From Thermoproteota archaeon (lineage in GTDB: Archaea > Thermoproteota > Methanomethylicia > Methanomethylicales > Methanomethylicaceae), in assembly GCA_030055575.1 (NCBI GenBank), contig JASFYL010000002.1:1780-65779 (forward strand): DNA of 64,000 nt, given 5' to 3'. The first letter of the stretch is position 1, and each line of letters opens with the position of its first letter. The position numbers and the translations under genes were made by a program. Of the stretch, positions 9,836 to 18,725 are shown piece after piece. The notes under the pieces are model-generated. The model saw nothing but the letters and a program-made list of their open reading frames with translations, was not told where the DNA came from and made no database searches.

Positions 9836-10651
9836 TCAAGTGCCACCCCTTCTCACTCTAGCAGCCATCAGCGCGCTGTAAAGCCACCACGGGTCATTAT
9901 AAATCGCTGGCTTGAGAATGTCTACACCATCCACCACTACTTCTTCGAGATCCCACCCTGCGCTTCCGAGGGCCTCTGCATACTCTGAGAACGAGTGCAG
10001 ACGATACTCCTGCTCTATCCTAGTGATGAACTCAAAGTTGTTTCCCAGCCGCCCGTAGAACTCTTTTTTGGTCTTTACCTTTGATTCCAAAGGATCGTAA
10101 TCCCAAGTATGCAGGGAGAGCATGTCGCCATCTATTCTGAACCAGTTCTGGACAGAAGGCGCTGCATAAAGAGACGCCAAAAAGCGCTCCTTTAGAGTTT
10201 CCCTCACGATCAAGATTCCATTGTCATTCATATGCTGAGCCAAATTCCTGAATATTGAAGCAAATTCCTCTGTTGACTTCCAAGCGGGGGCCAATATGCA
10301 GAGTGCGGCATCAAACTTCTTTCCGGAGATGGGCACGAGATCCCTGTAATCTCCTACGATGTATGTAACGCTCCCAGAGACACCGAGCCCTTCCGCAATC
10401 TTCCTTGCCTCATCGATGCACCTTCTTGATAGGTCTATACCTGTCACAGAGTACCCAGTCGTAGCCAACCTGTTGGAGATCCTCCCAGTGCCGCACCCCA
10501 AATCCAAGATCTCCTTGCCAGGGCTTAGCCTACGAAGGAGGCGATCTATCTCCTTGACATCCCTGTCGCCACTCCAATACTGGCTACGCAGGACTCTGTA
10601 CCAGAGCTCCTCATCATATCCGTAGATCTTTTCCTTATTCGATTCAGGCAT
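9836..10651 (-). CDS. Class I SAM-dependent methyltransferase
   Basis: SAM motif I ILDLGCGTGRIS and acidic post-I residue (GID). The start overlaps the stop of the upstream ABC ATPase gene by 8 nt. Confidence 0.75.
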   Translation of the reverse strand: MPESNKEKIYGYDEELWYRVLRSQYWSGDRDVKEIDRLLRRLSPGKEILDLGCGTGRISNRLATTGYSVTGIDLSRRCIDEARKIAEGLGVSGSVTYIVGDYRDLVPISGKKFDAALCILAPAWKSTEEFASIFRNLAQHMNDNGILIVRETLKERFLASLYAAPSVQNWFRIDGDMLSLHTWDYDPLESKVKTKKEFYGRLGNNFEFITRIEQEYRLHSFSEYAEALGSAGWDLEEVVVDGVDILKPAIYNDPWWLYSALMAARVRRGGT

Positions 10652-11579
10652 ATTTGAAGCACCTCACCATGACATCGTCTACAGCTTTCATGGGCGGTCT
10701 TTTATTCGCGCACCTCGCGTCCCTTTGCCTGCAGCGCGGGCTGAACCTGCACCCATCAGGCGGGGAGACCATGCTCGGGATCTCCCCCTCGATCGGCTTA
10801 AGACCTCTCGACGGCAGCGAATTGAGGAGCGCAGAGGAGTAAGGATGTCTTGGAGACACGAAGAACTCTCGCACCTTTGAAACCTCCAGAATGTCCCCGC
10901 AGTACATTACGCAGATTCTGTCTGACACCTCTTCAAGGAATCCGAGATCATGGGAAACAACCATCATTGCGTCAGACCGTTCCCTTGCTTTTTTTAGGAG
11001 GCTGACTACTAGGCGCTTCATCCCTTCATCGAGCCCCTTCGTAGGTTCGTCCAAGAAGACAACTTGGGAAGGTCCGGAGGCGCCCATGGCAACTAGCACG
11101 CGCTGAAGCATCCCACCGCTCAGCTGGTGCCTATAGCTATTGGCAGTCCTACTCGGTTGGTTGATGCCCATGGTCCCAAGCAGGAACTCCGCCCTCCTGT
11201 GCCCTTCTTCTTTCCCAACCCCGAAATGCTCCATCGGGCGCTCGGATATCTGCAACCAAGATTTTAGAAAAGGGTTCAATGCGCCAAAACCCTGCGGTAT
11301 GAGCGAGAAGTTCTGCCCTATCAGTCTCATCGCCCTCCTCCGGTCCATGGAAAGCAGGTCTTTTCCCTGGTACAGTATCTTTCCACTCACCTTGGCATTC
11401 TCAGGCAGTAGGCGGAAGGCGGCGTGGATGAGCACCGTCTTCCCGCTTCCAGACTCTCCCAGTACTCCAAGCACTTCACCTCTGCGAAGGTCGAGGTCTA
11501 CTCCCCGTAGCGCCACAACCTGCATTCCTCCCATGTGGAATATCACTTTCAGATCCACGAACTCAATGAGGCTGCCCAA
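10644..11579 (-). CDS. Peptide/nickel (Opp/Dpp/Nik-type) ABC transporter ATP-binding protein
   Basis: GESGSGKT, LSGGMLQRV, and a C-terminal oligopeptide-type Cys-containing extension (PDGCRFSPRC). Confidence 0.85.
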   Translation of the reverse strand: MGSLIEFVDLKVIFHMGGMQVVALRGVDLDLRRGEVLGVLGESGSGKTVLIHAAFRLLPENAKVSGKILYQGKDLLSMDRRRAMRLIGQNFSLIPQGFGALNPFLKSWLQISERPMEHFGVGKEEGHRRAEFLLGTMGINQPSRTANSYRHQLSGGMLQRVLVAMGASGPSQVVFLDEPTKGLDEGMKRLVVSLLKKARERSDAMMVVSHDLGFLEEVSDRICVMYCGDILEVSKVREFFVSPRHPYSSALLNSLPSRGLKPIEGEIPSMVSPPDGCRFSPRCRQRDARCANKRPPMKAVDDVMVRCFKYA

Positions 11580-12528
11580 GATTCCAACACCTCACGCCCC
11601 TAAACCTCCCTATATTGAATTCAGGAGGGGTAGAGTTGCAACAGATCTCAGCGCGCAGATTACATTGGCTGTAAAAAGGGCATGCTGCGTTATCTTTGGT
11701 TTCGCCTGCAAATGTAGACCCGGAGAAGAGCGACGATGTGTATGGGTGGAGTGGGGACGAGAAGATTTCTTGTGCGCTTCCGAACTCAATGATCTTCCCT
11801 CCTAGCATTACGCAGACACTATCCGAGATTACCCTTGCCAACTGCAGATCATGTGTTACAAATAGGACGGCGAATCCTAGTTCTCTCTGCGCATCAAGGA
11901 TCAGGCGAACTATCCTTGCCTGCGTTGAAGGATCGAGCATTGATGTTGGCTCATCTGCTATAAGAACCTCGGGATTGAGCGCCATCGACCTCGCCAGCAC
12001 CGCCCTCTGCAGTTCGCCCCCGCTAACATCCCTCGGCTTGCGCCTCAGCTGGTCGAGACTGAGACCGAAACGCGCGGACACGGAGCGGACGATCTTCAGC
12101 TCCTCCTCGCGCGAGCTGGACATCCGATGTATCCTGAGGGGTTCGGCTATGCTATCATATATGTACCAAGACGGATCCAATGCCAAGTCAGGATACTGGG
12201 GGATGTACTGAACTTTCCTGCTGAAGTTCAGCCTCTCTCGTCTGTCCAACGAGGTTATTGGCTTGCCTTCAAAGAAGACCCTCCCTGAGGTGGGCTGAAT
12301 GAGACCGGCCATGATCTTTGCCAAAGTCGTCTTGCCGCTCCCTGATTCGCCGATCACTGCCAGTAGCTCACCTCTCTTAATCGAGAGGGAGACGCCGTCC
12401 ACTGCCAGAAAGCTGCCCTTGGTAGCGTACCTGAAACGCTTTTTCACTTCCCTGCACTCGATCAGGGTTTGACGCCCGGGAGAAGGTTGCACTTCCGTTA
12501 AATGCCCGCTCAGATCGGATCGCATCAT
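11563..12528 (-). CDS. Peptide/nickel (Opp/Dpp/Nik-type) ABC transporter ATP-binding protein
   Basis: GESGSGKTTLAK, VSGGELQRAVLAR, and C-terminal PLHPYT...CPF motif. Confidence 0.85.
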   Translation of the reverse strand: MMRSDLSGHLTEVQPSPGRQTLIECREVKKRFRYATKGSFLAVDGVSLSIKRGELLAVIGESGSGKTTLAKIMAGLIQPTSGRVFFEGKPITSLDRRERLNFSRKVQYIPQYPDLALDPSWYIYDSIAEPLRIHRMSSSREEELKIVRSVSARFGLSLDQLRRKPRDVSGGELQRAVLARSMALNPEVLIADEPTSMLDPSTQARIVRLILDAQRELGFAVLFVTHDLQLARVISDSVCVMLGGKIIEFGSAQEIFSSPLHPYTSSLFSGSTFAGETKDNAACPFYSQCNLRAEICCNSTPPEFNIGRFRGVRCWNLGQPH

Positions 12529-13364
12529 CCAATCTCACCAATTGACCTTGTCCTTGACCGGTATCGGGATTCCATCCCCATTCCAAGGAGGATGAAACCT
12601 AGGGAGGTTAACGAGATGCAAATGCCAGGCGGGACGAATGTCCACCAGGCTCCATGCAGCAGTGCCCCCCTTGTCATGGCAAAGTGAAGCATCATCCCCC
12701 AGCTAGGGTTCTGGGGATCTCCCAAGCCTATGAAGCTGAGCCCCGCCTCCAGCAGGATGGAGCTGGAGACGGCGAGCACAAACCTGGCGAGCACAACCCC
12801 CCAAACATTGGGAAGAACATGCCTTATCACCACGTAGAGCTTCCCAGCCCCTATGCCAAAAAGTCCCTCTACAAACTGGCTTCCCCTAATCTGGCGGGCT
12901 CTCGCCCTCACCAACCTCGCCGTCGTCGGCCACCAGAGCAGTCCTATGACCAAAACCACATTCAGGAACGACTGACCCAAATATGCAGCCATGACTATCA
13001 TCAAAGGAAGGGCAGGCACCACTAGGAATAGATCCGTAAATGAACCAAGCACCTCGTCTACAATGCCACCCATGAAACCCGCAAAAATGCCCACCAACGT
13101 GCCAATAACTGTGGAAACGATTGCCCCAAGAAAACCTATGAACAAGGAGACCCGGCTGCCCATTAGCAGGACGCGCAGGACATCGTCTCCGATGTCGTTT
13201 GTGCCTAGCAAGTTCGTTGAGGAAGGGGGGGAGTAGGGCATTGGAGACGAAGTGGACGCGAACCACCCCTCGGGAAAGAAAGAGATCGCGACCATCGTAA
13301 TTACCGCAAATACAGCTGTGATTCCAGCTGTCTCAAGCTTCGTGGGAGAGTAGACGGATTTCAC
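12525..13364 (-). CDS. Peptide/nickel ABC transporter permease (DppC/NikC-like)
   Basis: 279-aa polytopic protein. Overlaps neighbouring genes by 4 nt on each side. Typical binding-protein-dependent permease layout. Confidence 0.85.
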   Translation of the reverse strand: MKSVYSPTKLETAGITAVFAVITMVAISFFPEGWFASTSSPMPYSPPSSTNLLGTNDIGDDVLRVLLMGSRVSLFIGFLGAIVSTVIGTLVGIFAGFMGGIVDEVLGSFTDLFLVVPALPLMIVMAAYLGQSFLNVVLVIGLLWWPTTARLVRARARQIRGSQFVEGLFGIGAGKLYVVIRHVLPNVWGVVLARFVLAVSSSILLEAGLSFIGLGDPQNPSWGMMLHFAMTRGALLHGAWWTFVPPGICISLTSLGFILLGMGMESRYRSRTRSIGEIG

Positions 13365-14326
13365 GAGAGCCTCACCCGCGGGTCTAGAGCATAAGAGAGT
13401 ACGTCAGCCACTGCATTCGCGGTTATTACGATGAGCGCCACCATCGTGAATGCAGCCTGGAGGAGAGGATAATCCCTCTCCGTCACAGCCTGCCACATCG
13501 TGTACCCCATGCCAGGCCAGCTGAATGCAATCTCCACCAAGAGAGCACCCGAGAACGCGAAGCCCATCTCTATCGCGGCGAGCGAAAGGAAAGACGGAAG
13601 AGAGGGCCTTAGGAGGTGCCGGGTACTGAAATTGAAACGGCTAAGGCCCTTCGAGAGGGCTGTCGTCACGAATGGCTCCTCTGAGATCTCGAAGGTCAAA
13701 CCGCGCATAATTATTGCCACATAAGCCGAGTTGAAGAGTGTAAGGACCAAGACGGGGAGCCCCAAGTGCCTAACGAACTCAGCCGGAGGTGCCCCAGCAG
13801 GCGGCGCGCCACCAATCGGAGTCAGCCCGAGCCAAAGCGAGAATACCAAAAGAAGGAGCATTGCCAGCCAGTAAGTCGGGATGGAGTGGATAATCACGCA
13901 GGCGGCTGAAGTGATCCGCTTTGGAATGCTGTTCGGCTCCCATCCCAAGCTCAAGCCGAGAGCTGCACCTATAATCAGAGAGAGGACCGTGGACGGCACC
14001 GTCATCATCAATGTTAGAGGTAGCCTCTCGATTATTATTTCGGATATCTGCCGACCATAGCTGAACGAATAACCGAGGTCTCCCCTGAATAAATTTCCCA
14101 GATAGATCAGGAATTGTTCGTTCAGGGGGAGGTCCAGCCCGTACTTGGAACTTAGTGATTGGAATAGATCAGGGTTCCGGATAGCAGCACCGTAAACTTC
14201 CTCGCCGAATATGAAGAGCATCGGATCTCCCGGCATTAGTCGAGGGAGGAGGAAATTTACAGTCAGTATGGAAAAGACCAAAACAACATACCTTGAAAAC
14301 TTCGCGAAAAAAAGAAAAGTTTTCAA
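13361..14326 (-). CDS. Peptide/nickel ABC transporter permease (DppB/NikB-like)
   Basis: 321-aa polytopic protein in the operon position between the SBP gene and the second permease gene. Confidence 0.85.
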   Translation of the reverse strand: MKTFLFFAKFSRYVVLVFSILTVNFLLPRLMPGDPMLFIFGEEVYGAAIRNPDLFQSLSSKYGLDLPLNEQFLIYLGNLFRGDLGYSFSYGRQISEIIIERLPLTLMMTVPSTVLSLIIGAALGLSLGWEPNSIPKRITSAACVIIHSIPTYWLAMLLLLVFSLWLGLTPIGGAPPAGAPPAEFVRHLGLPVLVLTLFNSAYVAIIMRGLTFEISEEPFVTTALSKGLSRFNFSTRHLLRPSLPSFLSLAAIEMGFAFSGALLVEIAFSWPGMGYTMWQAVTERDYPLLQAAFTMVALIVITANAVADVLSYALDPRVRLS

Positions 14327-14346
14327 GTCGGACCCGTTCCTTGTTT

Positions 14347-15969
14347 CTACTTCAATATTATGGAAAACCAGGTATCCTTGCCTAAGATTCCATACATCGT
14401 ATTGTACACGAGTCCATCGACCATGTCAGACCTGTATGGCTGGATTATCTTGCCCCAGTAAAGTGGAATCGCGTACATCTTTGTGGCGTACAATTCTTGT
14501 AACGCCTCGTAGAGCTCCCTAGTACGGGTCTGGTTAGAGGTCCGCAGCAGCTCATCGACCACTTCGTGGTACTCCAGGTCATCAACATTGGCCCACCCCA
14601 TGTTCCGGTTGTCGAAGTAGAGCGTCCCCGCACCAGCGTACATGATCATGCCCCAGAATGTAGTTCTGGAAATGGCAGAATCAAAGTCCTTTGTGTTCTG
14701 CGTGATAGTCTGGAAGGTGCTGACATCAGCCGGGATGACCTGAACCCTGATTCTTATCGACTCGAGGTCCCTCTTCACCAGCTCGGCGAGCCTCATCGAC
14801 AGGGCAATATCCGACCTCGCCAGCACCTTCATTGTGAACGCTGTGCCGTTTGGGTAGTCCCTCCAGCCGTCTGAATCGTAGTCAATGAACCCAAGAGAGT
14901 CGAGCATTGAGGCAGCAAGGGAGGCGTTCTTGACAAGTTGCGGCTTCTGGACGTAATAGTCCCAGCTGTCTGGTATCCAACCCTTAGTCGGTACTTTTGC
15001 GTATCCTGATGCTATGTATGTAATGTATGCGCTATAGTCAAGCGCGTAGGAAATGGCATTCCTGAAATCTACCAGGTTGTACGGGTAACGCATCGAATTG
15101 AACCAGATGCTGTTGTCGACCCCGAAGTTTGGCAGGATCATGAAAGAGACATTCTTCTCCTCGAGGAGAGGCGGAACATAGATGGGGTCTATCCCTGAGG
15201 CGTAAGCGTAAGTCGCCGCGATGTCGCCCTTCTTGAGCGCCATGAGCATCGAGTCTGTGCTTGCATAGAACTTTATAGTCACTGTGTCTACTGCCGGGGA
15301 GCCCCTCCAGTAGCCTTTGTTAGCCCTGAATGTCATTGTACCCGACGCAGAATCGAAGCCACCGTAGATGAATGGACCACATCCAACGTTCCTGTTACTC
15401 CCGGAGTATGTCGCTGGATCAGTCACATTATACCAGATATGCTTTGGCATTAGGCGGGTTGCAGCGAGACCAATCGTGAAGGATGTCCATTCCTTGCTAA
15501 GTCTGACGATAACGGTCTTGTTGTCCACAGGTTCTGCTGAAACGACAAACTGGAAGTGGGTGGCATAGTTTGGGTCCTTCTCCTTCAGGTAGGTTATAGT
15601 GAAGGCGACATCATTTGCTGTCACTGGCACTCCGTCATGCCAAGTGGCATTCCTGATAAGAGTTAGCGTCCAGTCTTTCGAGTCTGTCGTCGACCAGTTT
15701 ACCAGGTAAGGCACGATGTTGCCCCCCTCGTCAACTGCAGCCAGCGGATCAAGAATAAAGCAGGCAGCGAAGATGCCCATATAGTAGTCTTTGACGAAGT
15801 TGTCGGTCTTGACGATATTAGTAGTCCCGATCGAGAGCGACTTTGTCACATTCAGGGAGCTATTAGAAGGAGAAGGGCTCAGAGAGGGCTGACCGCCGAA
15901 AACCACAAATGTCGCGACAGCTATCAAAACCAAGATACCAGCTATTCCGACAAAAGTCTTCCTATCCAT
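14347..15969 (-). CDS. ABC transporter substrate-binding protein, family 5 (peptide/nickel)
   Basis: 540 aa with an N-terminal anchor helix (FVGIAGILVLIAVATFVVF). Size and pattern match family-5 SBPs. First gene of the five-gene transporter operon. Confidence 0.8.
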   Translation of the reverse strand: MDRKTFVGIAGILVLIAVATFVVFGGQPSLSPSPSNSSLNVTKSLSIGTTNIVKTDNFVKDYYMGIFAACFILDPLAAVDEGGNIVPYLVNWSTTDSKDWTLTLIRNATWHDGVPVTANDVAFTITYLKEKDPNYATHFQFVVSAEPVDNKTVIVRLSKEWTSFTIGLAATRLMPKHIWYNVTDPATYSGSNRNVGCGPFIYGGFDSASGTMTFRANKGYWRGSPAVDTVTIKFYASTDSMLMALKKGDIAATYAYASGIDPIYVPPLLEEKNVSFMILPNFGVDNSIWFNSMRYPYNLVDFRNAISYALDYSAYITYIASGYAKVPTKGWIPDSWDYYVQKPQLVKNASLAASMLDSLGFIDYDSDGWRDYPNGTAFTMKVLARSDIALSMRLAELVKRDLESIRIRVQVIPADVSTFQTITQNTKDFDSAISRTTFWGMIMYAGAGTLYFDNRNMGWANVDDLEYHEVVDELLRTSNQTRTRELYEALQELYATKMYAIPLYWGKIIQPYRSDMVDGLVYNTMYGILGKDTWFSIILK

Positions 15970-15987
15970 AGCTTAGTCTGCTCCTCA

Positions 15988-16010
15988 TACTATTTTTTTA
16001 AAAAATAGTA
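15988..16010. promoter_or_regulatory. 23-nt AT-rich near-perfect palindrome in a divergent promoter region
   Basis: TACTATTTTTTTAAAAAATAGTA lies between the SBP gene start (15969, minus) and the sirC-like start (16109, plus). Confidence 0.35.
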
Positions 16011-16108
16011 ACACCTTAAATAAATTATGTTTCTTATGAAACAAGGACCTCCTAAAGATAGATGAGAAGCAATGCTCAAGCTTAAATTGCTTAATAAGGG
16101 CTTTTAGA

Positions 16109-16582
16109 TTGGAGGAAAGGCATCTGGTAAGGAAGGGCATGCTCGTTTACATCTCAACAGAAGGCTTTAGAGCGCTCGTGGTTGGCTCCGGTAGGGTTGG
16201 TAGGAGGAAGATCTATAAACTCATTGAAGCGGGAGCTGAGGTGACAGTGGTGACAAAGGAAGAGCCAGATGGGCTCGATGAGGATGTCAAAGTCGTGATT
16301 GGCGATGGGCTGGATTTTGCCGCAAAGAACATAGACCGTTTCGACCTCGTGGTAGCAGCCACCAATGATCCTCAGCTGAATTCCAAGATCTCCGAGCTAG
16401 CCAAGCAGAAGGGTAAGCTGGTGAACTCAGTGACCTCTCAAGAGGAGTGCAATGTAATGTTCCCTGCAATCCTCGATTACGGCAAGTTCCAGTTGGGGGT
16501 CACGACTCGCGGCGAGGATCCGTCGCTCTCTAAGAGGATCAAGAAGATCCTCCAGAAGGCGCTCCGCCAAGAAACCTTCTGA
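16109..16582 (+). CDS. sirC: Precorrin-2 dehydrogenase / sirohydrochlorin-forming enzyme (siroheme synthase N-terminal domain, SirC-like)
   Basis: Rossmann motif ALVVGSGRVGRRK. Short (157 aa) CysG-N-like protein next to the cfb genes. Confidence 0.7.
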   Translation: MEERHLVRKGMLVYISTEGFRALVVGSGRVGRRKIYKLIEAGAEVTVVTKEEPDGLDEDVKVVIGDGLDFAAKNIDRFDLVVAATNDPQLNSKISELAKQKGKLVNSVTSQEECNVMFPAILDYGKFQLGVTTRGEDPSLSKRIKKILQKALRQETF

Positions 16583-16585
16583 TCC

Positions 16586-17947
16586 TCAGCACCGGGAATA
16601 CGCCCTGCATGCGTCGAGGAATCTTGCAGGAACCGAAGGGCAGGAGAGGTAGTGGAGGTGCGTGTACATCCCGATTGCATTTTGGCACATGATCCCGTCA
16701 AGATGGTCCCTGATACCCTTGCCTCTGAGAACCCTGAAGGTAAACTCGCCCGACAAGCCCTCAACAGAGGAGTAGTGGAATTCATGCCCCCTCACAACCG
16801 TTCCTTCTCCGGCGACAATGCTAGAACGGAAGGACTCTAGCTCGACATAGCTCAGCGCCTTTGGTCTCGAATGCATTATGACATCGCCGTCGAAAACGCC
16901 CACCATTTGCCTCCTGATCCCATTATACTCGATTGTCCGGCACAAGTACATCAGCCCACCGCACTCCCCAATGGCAGGCATTCCCTCATAGATGCTGCTT
17001 TTCAGCGAATGGCGCATCGACTGGTTCCCCTCTAGCCCCTCTGAGAAGACTTCTGGATACCCACCTCCGATTATCACTCCCGACACTTCGGGATCCACTC
17101 CCCTGTCCGAGAGGCTGTCTATCACCGAGATCTCGGCTCCCATCATACGGAAAGCCTCGACATTCTCATGGTAGTAGAAGGAGAACGGTGCGTCGATGAA
17201 GAACCCTATCCTCAGCCCTGAGCTCTCCCGCTTGACTGCCATCATCGTTGACTCAAGAGGCGGAGCGCTAGCTGCCAGTTCGAGGAGACGATCCAGGTCC
17301 AGGCTCTTCTCGAGCGCTTCCGCCGCACGTTCAATTGCAGCCTCGGCACCAGGGAGCTCGTGGGAAGTTATGAGGCCCAAGTGGCGTTTCTTTATCTCCA
17401 GCTGCGGATCCCGGTATAGCACCCCCAAGACTGGCATTCCCGTGTAGTGGGATATAGCTCGCCTCAGCTTCTCCTCATGCCTCGCATCGCTGACCTTGTT
17501 CAGTATAACGCCCGCTATGAGAACCTCCCTGTCCAGCGCCTTGAGGCCTAGGATCTGGGCAGCAGCGCTCCTCGTGAGGCTGTGGCAATTGAGCACGAGG
17601 ACCACAGGAGACTTGAGGATCTTTGCAACGTGAACCGTGCTCCCAGGGTCGCCTACAGGGGACTCCCCTTCGTAGAGCCCCCTGACGCCCTCGATCACTG
17701 CGATGTCTTTTCCATTCGAGCCAGAGATGAAAGAAGAGAGGATAGTCCCCTCGTCCATTATCCATGAGTCAAGGTTCCTGCAAGGTCTCCCTGAGGCTAG
17801 CCTGTGGTACATGGGGTCGATGTAGTCTGGACCGACCTTGAACGGCTGCACCCGGATGCCTCTCCGCACGAGGATCCTGAGCAGTGCCGCTGTGACTAAG
17901 GTCTTCCCAGAGTCGCTCGCGGCAGCCGAGACGACGATCCTAGGAAT
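16586..17947 (-). CDS. cfbB: Ni-sirohydrochlorin a,c-diamide synthase (CbiA family amidotransferase)
   Basis: N-terminal P-loop region RIVVSAAASDSGKTLV and GATase Cys motif GECGGLMYL. Last gene of the cfb operon. The ORF-track start at 18286 is rejected because it overlaps cfbC. The start given here is a non-canonical ATT candidate (see findings). Confidence 0.75.
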   Translation of the reverse strand: MPRIVVSAAASDSGKTLVTAALLRILVRRGIRVQPFKVGPDYIDPMYHRLASGRPCRNLDSWIMDEGTILSSFISGSNGKDIAVIEGVRGLYEGESPVGDPGSTVHVAKILKSPVVLVLNCHSLTRSAAAQILGLKALDREVLIAGVILNKVSDARHEEKLRRAISHYTGMPVLGVLYRDPQLEIKKRHLGLITSHELPGAEAAIERAAEALEKSLDLDRLLELAASAPPLESTMMAVKRESSGLRIGFFIDAPFSFYYHENVEAFRMMGAEISVIDSLSDRGVDPEVSGVIIGGGYPEVFSEGLEGNQSMRHSLKSSIYEGMPAIGECGGLMYLCRTIEYNGIRRQMVGVFDGDVIMHSRPKALSYVELESFRSSIVAGEGTVVRGHEFHYSSVEGLSGEFTFRVLRGKGIRDHLDGIMCQNAIGMYTHLHYLSCPSVPARFLDACRAYSRC

Positions 17948-18725
17948 CTCCAGCGCACATCTCCTCCAATTCCTCGATCTGGATCCAGTTGGGCACGCAG
18001 CTGAAGGAGTTAAGGTAGACCGATTTTGCCACGCTGGAAATAATTCCAGAGAGGTTTGAGGCTGGACTGGACTCGATAATTGTCTTCCTTGCCCGATCCG
18101 CGCGGATGAGCTCCTCTGAAAGGGGCACATCCCCCAAGATCGGGACACCGACCCTTGAGGAGAAGCGCCCAACATACCTCCTGCCTCCCGTCGTGGAACG
18201 GTTGTATAGCACCCCTCCAACTCTCGCGCCCAAGGACCTAAACCCCCTGCAGAGGTTGTTGGCAGCGTAAAGTGACATGAATTCATCGGATGTGACTATT
18301 AGCGCGGATTCGGAATATCCCTCCTTCATGACTACAGCAAGTCCACCGCAGACGATGTCCGCTGGGACATCAAAGATGACCAGATCAAACCTGCGGATGT
18401 CAAACACCTCAGTCAGGTACCGGATCCCGACTATCAGCCCTCTGCCGGCGCACCCGACCCCGGGCTCAGGGCCCCCTATCTCCACGCAGGCTACCCCGGC
18501 GAAGCCCTCCTCAATGAACTTGCTGGGATCCGGCCGCTTCTCCTGCTTCATAAGTTCGAGGAGCTGCGGCGGCCTCCGCCCCAAGAGGTTGATTGTGGAG
18601 TCTGCCTTCGGATCGCACCCCACCAAAAGTATTTTCAGCCCGTCCGCCCCGAGCGCGGCAGCTATGTTCGATGCAAGTGTTGACTTGCCTATCCCCCCCT
18701 TCCCGTAGAAGGCAACAGACTTCAA
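17940..18725 (-). CDS. cfbC: Ni-sirohydrochlorin a,c-diamide reductive cyclase, NifH-like ATPase component
   Basis: YGKGGIGKST P-loop and CVEIGGPEPGVGCAGRG cluster-ligand region typical of the NifH/BchL family. Adjacent to the NifD-like cfbD. Confidence 0.85.
   Translation of the reverse strand: MKSVAFYGKGGIGKSTLASNIAAALGADGLKILLVGCDPKADSTINLLGRRPPQLLELMKQEKRPDPSKFIEEGFAGVACVEIGGPEPGVGCAGRGLIVGIRYLTEVFDIRRFDLVIFDVPADIVCGGLAVVMKEGYSESALIVTSDEFMSLYAANNLCRGFRSLGARVGGVLYNRSTTGGRRYVGRFSSRVGVPILGDVPLSEELIRADRARKTIIESSPASNLSGIISSVAKSVYLNSFSCVPNWIQIEELEEMCAGDS

Noticed and set aside
17948-18286. An N-terminal 113 codons of the 566-aa cfbB ORF.
   Set aside because: The stretch overlaps the 3' third of cfbC in another frame and its sequence is Pro/Ser/Arg-rich. 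The CbiA-family homology begins only at ..IPRIVVSAAASDSGKT.
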